DNA of 59,120 nucleotides, filler included, from Nemertoderma westbladi (taxonomy: Eukaryota > Animalia > Xenacoelomorpha), in assembly GCA_032718475.1 (NCBI GenBank). It is 2 parts of 2 records of this genome, joined end to end, with 100 filler letters (N's around TTAATTAATTAA, not from the genome) between each part and the next. Parts side by side here need not be neighbours in the genome. Positions count along the whole stretch, not along the records: positions 1 to 31,178 come from JAUCBJ010004305.1; positions 31,279 to 59,120 come from JAUCBJ010000625.1. One strand, given 5' to 3'. Each line of letters begins with the position of its first letter. The first letter of the stretch is position 1. The notes under the pieces were generated by a model. The model had not been told where the DNA came from. It saw only the letters and a program-made list of their open reading frames with translations, and did no database searches. Both the position numbers and the translations under genes were made by a program. Positions 23,405-36,474 of the stretch are shown in pieces.

Positions 23405-26400
23405 CCAATACCAACATTCCTAAAGTTAGGCATCCTGCTTATTGGCTATATAATGTAAAGGTTAATGGAAAATTCCACTGATATATAATCCAAGTGTCAA
23501 CTACGAATCCAGGGCTCATTATAACAACCTATACTGGACAGAGCAACGTATTTGGGACAAGAGCTGGTTGAGGTATATGTACAGTGGAAATTCCCATTCT
23601 AAATAAGGGCATTTGGAATACTTGTTCCCTAGTTATGGTTAAATATATACTGTGGGTGCCTTGCAAATGGCCTGTAAGACTGTGATGCATTATAGGCTAT
23701 AGTGTCATCATAGTCATGTTATTTAATTTCATGTTGTACAATTTATTCATAATGTGCAATTTATCATGTAGTGCAATTTATTCATTATGCAATTTATTCA
23801 TTGTGCAATTTATTCATGTGGTGCAATTTATTCACTTATAATAAATCTAAATACATTCGTATATTAATAATTAAATGACAATCAAATTAGTGATATCGCA
23901 ACCTCCTCCCCCGGACTCAACTTCATCCCAAATAGTCCTTAATAAGTCTTAAATTTTCCTCAAATAGGTTGTGAGTGTCCCATATAGGGTGTTTGTGTCC
24001 CATATAGGTTGATTTTGTCCAAAATAGCCTGTAGCTTTATCAAAATTATTTCAAATAGTTTATAAATGTAAAGGAATACTGAAAAGAATATTGACTTCAT
24101 AATCATAGCTTTAATTCCAATTTGTCCCAAATAGGTTGTTTATGTCCCATATAGGGTGTTTGTGTCCCACACAGGGTGTTTTTATACCAAATAGCATGTA
24201 ACTTTCTCAAAATGATTTCTCAAAACGTAGTTTCTAAATGTAATGGAATAATAAAAAGAATATAGAATTCACTATCATAGCTTTAATTTCAATTTGTCCC
24301 AAATAGGTTGTTTTTGTCCCATACAGGGTGTTTGTGTCCCGTATAGGGTGTGAATTGCTTATAATGATTTCAAATATTTTCTAAATGTAATGGAATACTC
24401 AAAAGAATATCGAATTCACTATCATAGCTTTAATTTAAATTTGTCCCAAATAGGTTGTTTATATCCCATATAGGGTGTTTGTGTCCCATAGAGGGTGTTT
24501 GTGTCCCAAATTGCGTGTGACTTTCTCAAAATGATTTTACATAGTTTATAAATCTCATGGAATCCTCAAAAGAATATAGAATTCACTACCATAGATTTAA
24601 TTTCAATTTGTCCCAAATAGGTTGTTTTTGTCCCATATAGGGTGTTTGTGTCCCGTATAGGGTGTGTATTGCTTATAATAATTTCAAGTAGTTTCTAAAT
24701 GTAATGGAATAATAAAAAGAATATAGAATTCACTATCATAGCTTTAATTTCAATTTGTCCCAAATAGGTTGTTTTTGTCCCATATAGGGTGTTTGTGTCC
24801 CGTATAGGGTGTGAATTGCTTATAATGATTTCAAATATTTTCTAAATGTAATGGAATACTCAAAAGAATATAGAATTCAATATCATAGCTTTAATTTAAA
24901 TTTGTCCCAAATAGGTTGTTTATGTCCCATATAGGGTGTTTGTCTCCCATATAGGGTGTTTGTGTCCCAAATTGCGTGTGACTTTCTCAAAATGATTTTA
25001 CATAGTTTATAAATATAATGGAATACTCAAAAGAAAATAGAATTCACTATCATAGCTTTAATTTCAATTTGTCCCAAATAGGTTGTTTTTGTCCCATATA
25101 GGGTGTTTGTGTGCCAAATAGCGTGTGACTTTCTCAAAATGATTTTACATAGTTTATAAATATAATGGAATACTTAAAAGAAAATATAATTCACTATCAT
25201 TTTTTCTTTAATTTAAATTTGCCCCAAATAGGTTGTTTGTGTCCTGTATAGGGTGTTTCTGTCCTGAATAGGGGAATACAGCTTGCCAAACATATTGTTG
25301 CTGAATAGGGTGTACATTTCTTATAATGATTTTAAATAGTTTCTAAATGTAATGGAATACTCAAAAGAAAATATAATTCACTATCATAGCTTTAATTTAA
25401 ATTTGTCAAAAATAGGTTGTTTATGTCCCATATAGGGTGTTTGTGTCCCAAATGGCGTGTGACTTTCTCAAAATGATTTTACATAGTTTATAAAGAAAAA
25501 ATACTTTTTTTATTATTCCATTATATTTATAAACTATGTAAAATCATTTTGAGAAAGTCATACGCTATTTGGGACACAAACACCCTATATGGGACACAAA
25601 CACCCTATATGGGACATAAACAACCTATTTGGGACAAATTTAAATTAAAGCTATGATACTGAATTCTATTTTCTTTTGAGTATTCCATTACATTTCGAAA
25701 CTATTTGGAATCATTATAAGCACTTCACACCCTATACCGGACACAAACACCCTATATGGGACACAAACAACCTATTTGGGACAAATTTAAATTAAAGCTA
25801 TGATAGTGGATTCTATTTTCTTTTGAGTATTTCCATTATATTTATAAACTATGTAAAATAATTTTGAGAAAGTCATACGCTATTTGGCACACAAACACCC
25901 TATATGGGACAAAAACAACCTATTTGGGACAAATTTAAATTAAAGCTATGATACTGAATTATATTTTCTTTTGAGTATTCCATTATATTTATAAACTATG
26001 ATAAATCATTTTGAGAAAGTCACACGCTATTTGGGACACAAACACCCTATATGGGACACAAACACCCTATATGGGACATAAACAACCTATTTGGGACAAA
26101 TTTAAATTAAAGCTATGATAGTGGATTCTATTTTCTTTTGAGTATTTCCATTATATTTATAAACTATGTAAAATAATTTTGAGAAAGTCATACGCTATTT
26201 GGCACACAAACACCCTATATGGGACAAAAACAACCTATTTGGGACAAATTTAAATTAAAGCAATGATAGTGAATTCTATATTCTTTTGAGTATTCCATTA
26301 CATTTCGAAACTATTTGAAATCATTATAGGCACTTCACACCCTATACCGGACACAAACACCCTATATGGGACACAAACAACCTATTTGGGACAAATTTAA

Positions 26401-29400
26401 ATTAAAGCTATGATAGTGGATTCTATATTCTTTTGAGTATTCCACTACATTTCGAAACTATTTGAAATCTATTATAAGCACTTCACACCCTTTACGGGAC
26501 ACAAACACCCTATATGGGACAAAAACAACCTATTTGGGACAAATTGAAATTAAAGCTATGGTAGTGAATTCTATATTCTTTTGAGTATTCCATGAGATTT
26601 AGAAACTAATTAAAATCACTTTGAGAAAGTAACACGCTATTTGGGACACAAACACCCTATATGGGACACAAACAACCTATTTGGGACAAATTTAAATGAA
26701 AGCTATGATAGTGAATTCTATTTTCTTTTAAGTATTCCATTACATTTCGAAACTATTTGGAATCATTATAAGCACTTCACACCCTATACCGGACATAAAC
26801 ACCCTATATGGGACACAAACAACCTATTTGGGACAAATTTAAATTAAAGCTATGATAGTGGATTCTATTTTCTTTTGAGTATTTCCATTATATTTATAAA
26901 CTATGTAAAATAATTTTGAGGAAGTCATACGCTATTAGGCCCGCAAACACCCTATATGGGACAAAAACAACCTATTTGGGACAAATTTAAATTAAAGCTA
27001 TGATACTGAATTATATTTTCGTTTGTTTATTCCATTATATTTATAAACTATGTAAAATCATTTTGAGAAAGTCACACGCTATTTGGGACACAAACACCAT
27101 ATATGGGACATAAACAACCTATTTGGGACAAATTTAAATTAAAGCTATGATAGTGGATTCTATTTTCTTTTGAGTATTTCCATTATATTTATAAACTATG
27201 TAAAATAATTTTGAGAAAGTCATACGCTATTTGGCACACAAACACCCTATATGGGACAAAAACAACCTATTTGGGACAAATTTAAATTAAAGCTATGATA
27301 CTGAATTATATTTTCTTTTGAGTATTCCATGAGATTTAGAAACTAATTAAAATCATTTTGAGAAAGTGACACGCTATTTGGGACACAAACACCCTATATG
27401 GGACACAAACAACCTATTTGGGACAAATTTAAATGAAAGCTATGATAGTGAATTCTATTTTCTTTTGAGTATTCCATTACATTTCGAAACTATTTGGAAT
27501 CATTATAAGCACTTCACACCCTATACCGGACACAAACACCCTATATGGGACACAAACAACCTATTTGGGACAAATTTAAATTAAAGCTATGATAGTGGAT
27601 TCTATTTTCTTTTGAGTATTTCCATTATATTTATAAACTATGTAAAATAATTTTGAGAAAGTCATACGCTATTTGGCACACAAACACCCTATATGGGACA
27701 AAAACAACCTATTTGGGACAAATTTAAATTAAAGCTATGATACTGAATTATATTTTCTTTTGAGTATTCCATTATATTTATAAACTATGTAAATCATTTT
27801 GAGAAAGTCACACGCTATTTGGGACACAAACACCCTATATGGGACACAAACACCCTATATGGGACATAAACAACCTATTTGGGACAAATTTAAATTAAAG
27901 CTATGATAGTGGATTCTATTTTCTTTTGAGTATTTCCATTATATTTATAAACTATGTAAAATAATTTTGAGAAAGTCATACGCTATTTGGCACACAAACA
28001 CCCTATATGGGACAAAAACAACCTATTTGGGACAAATTTAAATTAAAGCTATGATAGTGAATTCTATATTCTTTTGAGTATTCCATTACATTTCGAAACT
28101 ATTTGAAATCATTATAGGCACTTCACACCCTATACCGGACACAAACACCCTATATGGGACACAAACAACCTATTTGGGACAAATTTAAATTAAAGCTATG
28201 ATAGTGGATTCTATATTCTTTTGAGTATTCCACTACATTTCGAAACTATTTGAAATCTATTATAAGCACTTCACACCCTTTACGGGACACAAACACCCTA
28301 TATGGGACAAAAACAACCTATTTGGGACAAATTGAAATTAAAGCTATGGTAGTGAATTCTATATTCTTTTGAGTATTCCATGAGATTTAGAAACTAATTA
28401 AAATCACTTTGAGAAAGTAACACGCTATTTGGGACACAAACACCCTATATGGGACACAAACAACCTATTTGGGACAAATTTAAATGAAAGCTATGATAGT
28501 GAATTCTATTTTCTTTTAAGTATTCCATTACATTTCGAAACTATTTGGAATCATTATAAGCACTTCACACCCTATACCGGACATAAACACCCTATATGGG
28601 ACACAAACAACCTATTTGGGACAAATTTAAATTAAAGCTATGATAGTGGATTCTATTTTCTTTTGAGTATTTCCATTATATTTATAAACTATGTAAAATA
28701 ATTTTGAGGAAGTCATACGCTATTAGGCCCGCAAACACCCTATATGGGACAAAAACAACCTATTTGGGACAAATTTAAATTAAAGCTATGATACTGAATT
28801 ATATTTTCGTTTGTTTATTCCATTATATTTATAAACTATGTAAAATCATTTTGAGAAAGTCACACGCTATTTGGGACACAAACACCATATATGGGACATA
28901 AACAACCTATTTGGGACAAATTTAAATTAAAGCTATGATAGTGGATTCTATTTTCTTTTGAGTATTTCCATTATATTTATAAACTATGTAAAATAATTTT
29001 GAGAGTCATACGCCTTTTGGCACACAAACACCCTATATGGGACAAAAACAACCTATTTGGGACAAATTTAAATTAAAGCTATGATAGTGGATTCTATTTT
29101 CTTTTGAGTATTCCATTACATTTCGAAAATATTTGAAATCATTATAAGCAATTCACACCCTTTACGGGACACAAACACCCTATATGGGACACAAACAACC
29201 TATTTGGAACAAATTTAAATTAAAGCTATGATAGTGGATTCTATTTTCTTTTGAGTATTTCCATTATATTTATAAACTATGTAAAATCATTTTGAGAAAG
29301 TCATACGCTATTTGGCACAAAAACACCCTATATGGGACAAAAACAACCTATTTGGGACAAATTTAAATTATAGCTATAATACTGAATTATATTTTCTTTT

Positions 29401-30690
29401 GAGTATTCCATTATATTTATAAACTATGTAAAATCATTTTGAGAAAGTCACACGCTATTTGAGACTTAAACACCCTATATGGGACACAAACACCCTATAT
29501 GGGACATAAACAACCTATTTGGGACAAATATAAATTAAAGCTATGATAGTGAATTCTATATTCTTTTGAGTATTCCATTACATTTAGAAAATATTTGAAA
29601 TCATTATACGCAATTCACACCCTATACGGGACACAAACACCCTATATGGGACAAAAGCAACCTATTTGGGACAAATTGAAATTAAAGCTATGATAGTGGA
29701 TTCTATTTTCTTTTGAGTATTTCCATTATATTTATAAACTATGTAAAATAATTTTGAGAAAGTCATACGCCTTTTGGCACACCAACATCCTATATGGGAC
29801 AAAAACAACCTATTTGGGACAAATTTAAATTAAAGCTATGACAGTGGATTCTATTTTCTTTTGAGTATTTCCATTATATTTATAAACTACGTAAAATCAT
29901 TTTGAGAAAGTCATACGCTATTTGGGACACAAATACCCTATATGGGACACAAACACCCTATATGGGACACAAACACCCTATATATGGGACACAAACAACC
30001 TATTTGGGACAAATTTAAATGAAAGCTATGATATTGAATTCTATATTCTTTTGGGTATTCCATTACATTTCGAAACTATTCGAAATCATTATAAGCACTT
30101 CACACCCTATACGGGACACAAACACCCTATATGGGACACAAACAACCTATTTGAGTCAAATTTAAGACTTATTAAGGACTATTTGGGATGAAGTTGAGTC
30201 TGGGGGAGGAGGTTGCGATATCACTAATTTGATTGTCATCTAATTATTATTATACGAACGTATTTAGATTTATTATATGTGAATAAATTGCACCACATGA
30301 ATAAATTGCACAATGAATAAATTTGCACAACATCAATAAAGTGCACAATACGAATAAATTGCACAACATGAAATGAAATAACGTGACTATGGTGACACTA
30401 TAGCCTATAATGCATCACAGTCTTACAGGCCATTTGCAAGGCACCCACAGTATATCTTTAACCATAACTAGGGAACATGTATTCCAAATGCCCTTATTTA
30501 GAATGGGAATTTCCACTGTACATATACCTCAACCAGCTCTTGTCCCAGTTGCTCTGTCCAGTATAGGTTGTTATAATGAGCCCCGGATTCGTAGCTGACA
30601 CTTGGATTATATATCAGTGGAATTTCCCATTAACCTTTACATTATATAGCCAATAAGGGAGATGCCTAACTTTAGGAATGTTGGTATTGG
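23405..30690. mobile_element. Foldback-type element: ~550-bp outer inverted arms enclosing two opposed satellite arrays
   Basis: 23405-~23990 is the slightly diverged reverse complement of ~30120-30690. Units of ~110-130 bp containing GGGACACAAACACCCTATAT switch orientation at about 25500. The right arm is cut by the LTR at 30691. Confidence 0.85.
23960..30160. repeat. ~110-130-bp minisatellite with 19-bp sub-repeats and a 1788-bp higher-order duplication
   Basis: Visible units; identical spurious ORFs at 26641 and 28429 (offset 1788). Confidence 0.9.
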
Positions 30691-31178
30691 TGTAAAAGCC
30701 TTTGCTGAATTGCCCCGTTATTTTTATTATCTTTTACATTAAAATACTCTGTAGTTGATTTAATAAGTGTAAGAGACCGTATTATTGCTGTATCGGTGTT
30801 TTTAGAGGATCTAAGACCTATTTCCTCCGTATGTGTACTGTGAAAGGCATATTTTATGATTCTATGGCAATTCGTGACGCAAAGGGGTGATAGCTACTCT
30901 TGAACAGTAGTTACTATGACTACGGTTAACAGCTGACATTCATACGTGTTGATTTCCTTTGTTCTACGGCGTCTCTCAGTTCAGTCAGCCAATTAGAGCG
31001 TTTTTGTGGCTCCTTGTACAGAAAATTTCCGAGAAATGACGCAATGCCTATGTGCAGTGTTTACATTCAGTCTTGAGCCAAAGAAAGAACGGCTTGGAAG
31101 TATTTTGTGCTGTACTGCTTTTTAGTCGTACACTAGTAGGTTTAATTATAAAGGGCATATATCCTTTAACCTTGAATA
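30691..31178 (+). mobile_element. LTR related to the LTR at 36016-36474, inserted into the foldback arm and running to the contig end
   Basis: Starts TGTAAAAGC. Its last ~100 bp (GAAAGAACGGCTT...ACACTAGTAGGTTTAATTATAA...CATATATCCTTTAACCT) match the end of 36016-36474, while the middles differ. Confidence 0.7.
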
Positions 31179-31278
31179 NNNNNNNNNNNNNNNNNNNNNN
31201 NNNNNNNNNNNNNNNNNNNNNNTTAATTAATTAANNNNNNNNNNNNNNNNNNNNNNNNNNNNNNNNNNNNNNNNNNNN
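31179..31278. other. Artificial contig linker or assembly gap
   Basis: 44 N + TTAATTAATTAA (stops in all six frames) + 44 N. Confidence 0.97.
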
Positions 31279-33894
31279 GGTTAAACCCCACTGTTCTTCT
31301 TTCCTCCTCTGATCGGGCTCGACGCTCCGTCCGCCCTCTCGCGACGTCAACCTGTCTCTCTCTGCTCGGTCGCACGTCGCTGGGGATACTCGCGATCCCC
31401 CTATTACTTTCCGTCGCCGGTCGTTGCGGTTTACCTATATCGGCCCTCGCATTATCCGCTGACGGTTGTGGGACACTCCCTGCCCCCCCCCCCCCCCCCC
31501 CTCTCGCCGCTAACTCTCTGTTGTGGGGTCCTCGTAGCCCCCCCCCACTCGCTACATCTAACTTCGCTACCTCTCTCCCCGCTATTATATACCTCTCTAG
31601 TCGACACATCAACCCTACTGCGGTCGGGTCCATTCACCCCCGCCTCTCCCTCTGCTATTGCGTGGCCTACCAGGCCCTCTACTCCCTCCCTACCAACTAC
31701 GTGGCCTACCAGGCCCTCTGCTTCCTGTCTACTAACTACGTGGCCTACCAGGCCCTCTGCTCCCTGTCTACTAACTACGTGGCCTACCAGGTCCTCTGTT
31801 TCCTGGTTATGCAGGCCTGACGCGTTTACATTAATAGCACCCATATTGGAAACGGAATTATTTTGTTCGTTTGGAACAAAGTTATTTATATTATTCTGCA
31901 CGACTACGTTATCTGAATTATTTTGTAAATTCGGGCATAGGTCATTATTTAAATTATTCGAATTGTTTTGCGTAATTGCGTTATTTAAATTATTTTGTAG
32001 ATTCGAATCTGGGTTATTATTTTGATTATTTGAATTATTTTGCGTAGCTACGTTAATATTAGAATTATTTCCTACATTAATACTAGGGGCGTTCTGATTT
32101 AAATTTAAATTACTACCACTATGTAAAGCATTACCTGTAATAAAGGTTTGATTAGTGTTGTCCCATACGGTACTATCAATATTAACAACGTCTACTGTAC
32201 CATTATTATTATTACCCCCCCCCGCTCGTACGGTCGCACCAGTCTTGAGTCTGTCGTGCGGTCCCTGTCAGTGGGGTATTAATAAATGTATCTACGGCCC
32301 CCGGCTCCCTAAAAATACTCGAGCCGGCCCCGCTTTCAGACGGCGCTTTTCGCACGAGTTGCAACTCGTGCGCCCGTTTAATCTCATCTCCCGCAGACTC
32401 ACTCTGTAGTCTCTCTATTTTCTTGTTTTCTCCCTCAGTCTCTGCCACTCTCCTCTTACGCTCCTGGGTGTCCCTAATGGCCGACTCTGCAGCACTCTTA
32501 ATACTCTCCCTTCGTCTCATTTCGCGCTCCTTGCGTTCCTTTTCCTCTCTCGCCTCACGCTCCTTGCGTTCCGCCTCACGCTCCTTGCGTTCCCTTTCCT
32601 CCCTTGCCTCACGCTCCTTGCGTTCCCCTTCCTCTCTCGCCTCACGCTCCTTGCGTTCCGCCTCACGCTCCTTGCGTTCCTTTTCCCCTCTCGCCTCACG
32701 CTCCTTGCGTTCCGCCTCACGCTCCTTGCGTTCCCTTTCCTCCCTCGCCTCACGCTCCTTGCGTCCCCTTTCCTCTCTCGCCTCACGCTCCCTACACTCC
32801 CTTTCCTCTATCTCATCATACTCCCTTAGGCTTTTCAAAGCCCTTTCGGCCCTCTCTCCTGTTTCTTTAAGCAATGCCGTTTCCCTCTCTAACCGCACTC
32901 TCCCTTCCTCTAGCCGTTCCTTCATTTCTCTATGATCTTTCGCTGCCATGCTGAGACGATATTCGGCACCTATCTCTCTCACCGCTCTTCCTTTCGCGGA
33001 GGATGTAACAGACTTATCGGTTACGACGGACTTCCCCCGCCTTCCTGACCTACTAACTTTCCCCCGCTTCCCGGAGCTTTCTCCGACCGACGAGGCCGAA
33101 TCCTCGGGGTTAACCTCGGATTCGCCCCCCTCAGGTCCCCTCCAACCCACTGGTTTCACTCCCCGGGCATCGACCAAGTATGGCCCTATGTACACTGGCG
33201 CTACGCTAGGTTCCATACTCCCACACTCCCATAGTTCAAACAGTTCGCCTGCAATTCCCTGTGCCCTCTCCTCGGCTAGTTCTCTCTGCCCAAAACGTAT
33301 TAGGTAATTTAAGTGTCTATCCGACTCACCTAGTCGCTTTCTCAGTCTCACCTCGTCTACCTTCGCCCCTTCCTTCTTGGCATCCTTTAGCATCCTCCGG
33401 GCCGCGATGTAGGCTCGTCGAAGTCGCTCTGAAACCCCGACGTCCTCGTCGCCGACCTCTCCTCCGTCCCTCCGGGTTCGACGTCGTACCGGCGGCTCCA
33501 CCGTCGCCGTTCCGGTGGGCCGTCCGTCGCCCTCGGCCTGTAGCTGGCCGGCGACATCGGTACCGATCTCTCCTCCGTCTCTTCGCGTCCGGCGTCGCAC
33601 CGTCGGCCCCACCGTCGCCATTTCGGTGGGCCGCTCGTCGCCCTCGGCCGGTAGCTGGCCGGCGACATCGGCGCGCCGTTCTCCGTCTCGTGTCGACTCG
33701 TCTCCATCTCCCTCCGTTGCGCTCCCTTCCTCTCTTGGCTCGACTTCGGGTTCCAGGCCCCCCTCATCCTCAACTTCCGGTTCGCCCGTTATCGATGGCT
33801 TCGGCGTCGTGGGCCTGTATCGCTTGGTCGCGGCCTCGCGGATCGTTTGATCTTCGTCCGGGGTCCGCGGTGGTGTCTCGCCCGATTCACTCAT
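31279..33894 (-). pseudogene. Long gag-like N-terminal ORF of an LTR retrotransposon (acidic region, E/R/K-rich helix, Asn-rich tract, 13-aa repeats), truncated at the gap
   Basis: The 560-aa ORF starts ~80 nt after the LTR at 33975. Removing one G from the homopolymer at 32215-32223 continues it through an open Asn-rich frame into ORF 31452-31901, and a second homopolymer shift occurs near 31490. No capsid motif is reached before the gap. Confidence 0.6.
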
Positions 33895-33974
33895 CTCGTC
33901 TGCTCGGTGGAGTTCGACTAGCTAGCAGTATAGTTCTCAGAGTTTAACTGGGGCGGCAGCTCGGATTTAGTTAC

Positions 33975-34515
33975 TGTGACGGGATCCAGGAGGGATCCCG
34001 ATTTATCCGATGTGGTAATTTAGTCCACGCGTCCCCGCCGTGTATAAGGGTGAAATAAAGGTAATTGAGTTCTGAAGTTCGGTGTATAATAATAATAGGG
34101 CATATGATATAGATATAGATATAATGTGTACAAGGCGGGATACGGTAACTAAAGTCCCGTGATCCCCTAACTAAACTAATTGACTGTACCCTACGCTAGC
34201 ACTGCTGCACTGAGATAACTGAATCACTGATTAATAGGTTATTGGTTATATTGCACGATGGCCTTACTGCTACTCAATCGATGCCATTCCCCACTCTGAT
34301 TGGTTAATACCCTTGTTGGCGCCCCGTGGAGTATTCCCGTTCACTCCACCTGTTCTCCCTGGGTTAGGGGTTTGGCCCCTGACCCTCTATTGTGTGCTTC
34401 CTTCCCACTCTTATTGGGATGGCACGAGTTGGTTAATTGCCCAATCTCGTGGCTCCCAATATTGCTTATCGGCTTATAACTTTATGGGGTGTTGGCGGGA
34501 TTGAATAAGCTAACA
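33975..34515 (-). mobile_element. 5' LTR of the minus-strand element, nested in another element's accessory ORF
   Basis: TG...CA termini. Both ends (TGTGACGGGATC..GGGATCCCGA; TGCCCAATCTCGT..CAATATTGCT..GGCGGGATTGAAT..ACA) are homologous to the LTR at 54009-54782. Confidence 0.75.
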
Positions 34516-35937
34516 CGTACCATACGCGCTCACCCATTAATACTTGGAACTAAACTCGCCAAGTTAGACGAACACAATAAGTTTATACGTTTCGAATGTT
34601 TCCGGCGCTTTCTGACTCCGTTCCGTAACGTCGATAGTCAGTTCAAGGACCGCGCGCTGACCAAACTCAGTCTGAGAGACTCAGCTGCGGAGAAACTGAG
34701 TAGCGCTGGATTTGCCGTTTTTCAAGACATTTGTATACAGAACTTACATTCATCTGTCATACAAAGACCTCGAATACCTACAGGATATTCTGTCGTGGAA
34801 ATACAGACAGTGGGTCCACTTACGGAAACAGACGCACCCACTTCGTCTATGCAGCTGGAGGATGAGCCAGTATGCTTGGAATCAGAAGCGATTCAGCCTA
34901 CAGCTTCCCGGAGCAGTGACAATGATTATGTCATAGAGTGGTATCAAGGTCCACAACGTCTCACAGCGTACGATTATCGACACGCCAACTACGTTTCTCG
35001 AAAACGTTGTCGGTTATGCGCATCGAGAGACCACTTCACCCCTCTCGACTCCAACGCACCTTGCTCCTATTTCCTCGAACAACCGATGATGGAAATATAT
35101 TGTGCTTATTGCAGACTTAATAACTCTCATATTTTTGCCGTCTGCCCACAATTTATGACTCAATGTCACTACTGTCAACTTAAAGGACATGAAAGTTACA
35201 ATTGTCCCTTTAATCGCGATTTAGAGAGCGTAGACGAGATGATCACCCTGCGATACATACGAGCTTGGGAAGCGAACGCAGATTTACATTGCGAATCCAG
35301 ACATCGCTATTACCCTGGATGAGCTTACGAGGGAGTTTACGCGTTCCATCCTTACCTATTCGCGTCGATTGAACAGAAAACACGCGTACCAAGTTACGAG
35401 TTAATAAAGCGTGTTGGTGAGTGTATTTCCACCAAGTTTGTCAGGAAATACCTTAGAAACGTTAACCCTAATGATATAACCACATATCACCTGATCAATT
35501 TTATCCGTCAGGACCCTGAGTATGGCGACATTTTCGTAAACTCGCATCCTGAACTCCAGGAAGTATCTCGGCACCCATATGAATATCGAACCCGAGAACG
35601 CGAGTTGCAGAGAACCATTAAACCGAGAAAGTTCCTCACCACTCACGGTCCACCCACCGCTAGTGTCCAGACGACCCGTCAAGGACCCGTAGGAGCTGCT
35701 GTCCTGAGACGCGCTCTAAAGGCCGTTAGATCTCGCTCCACTGAGGTTGATATTAATCAACCAGGTACTTCGACCGGCGGGTATACCGATCGTAACCCTG
35801 CACCTTCTGATGCAATTATATTGCACCCTTCGCCTAGGAGCTACAGCCCTCCTCGTAAAGTGGCTCGCCCCAAAGAGAAAAGGACTCTTGCTAGCCTCAA
35901 GAAACTGCGTAAACGCCGTCCGCGCAAGAAAGACTAA
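34516..35937 (+). pseudogene. 5'-truncated retrotransposon accessory ORF with tandem Cys/His zinc knuckles and a basic C-terminal tail
   Basis: ORFs 34489-35322 and 35605-35937 are one frame broken by a single TGA (35320-35322). It contains CRLC..H..C, YCAYC..H....CP and CHYC...GH....CP, ends KKLRKRRPRKKD, and lies immediately before a PPT and LTR. Confidence 0.75.
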
Positions 35938-36015
35938 CTGTTTAGAGTATTTTTATATTTTAGAAATTGTGATTTTGTATATTTTATAGACTTAAATCCC
36001 ATTTTCTGGGAGCGG

Positions 36016-36474
36016 TGTAAAAGCTTTTGTGGGATAACTGATTCGTTTGCCTTGTTGGCCAGTTCCCCCCCGGTCACTAGAATACTCTAAAGGGATCTAT
36101 AGCTAAAAATAGTGCAAGCTACCAGCTTATTGGCTGATTTGCTGTACGCAGGTATCTGGGCTCTGTTTAATCGGCCAACCAGCCTAGGGAGGTTGCGTCA
36201 TAGCCTTGTTTTGTATCTCCCAATAGAATTTGAGTTAGCCTTGATTTTGACCTATCACAGAGCTACTGAACTGAAATTTTCCTATCTCACTGCTCTTTCT
36301 CTGTGTTGAACGGGAGCTTCGTGGAATAAGGGTAGTTGGTATCCTCGTATAGAGTAGTAGTCACGAGTTTTTCAAAGCCACGAAAGAACGGCTTTATAGT
36401 GTTTTGTGCTTTTCTGCTTTTTAGCTCAACACTAGTAGGTTTAATTATAAGGACATATATCCTTTAACCTGACA
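36016..36474 (+). mobile_element. 3' LTR preceded by a short purine-rich tract (GGGAGCGG)
   Basis: TGTAAAAG...TGACA termini and similarity to 30691-31178. Confidence 0.75.

Noticed and set aside
31223-31234. TTAATTAATTAA palindrome within the N run, and ORFs ending there
   Set aside because: It is a synthetic six-frame stop linker.
32423-33947. Plus-strand Ser/Arg/Pro-rich ORFs
   Set aside because: They are antisense shadows of the repetitive gag-like ORF; the same applies to shadow ORFs over the FE65-like gene and both pol regions.
34489-34515. Listed start (MLAGLNKLT) of the 277-aa ORF
   Set aside because: It derives from the inserted LTR; the true N-terminus is missing.
30691-36474. A single LTR element bounded by 30691 and 36474
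   Set aside because: The LTR middles differ, there is no TSD (ATTGG versus TACCG), and an artificial linker lies between them, so adjacency is unproven.
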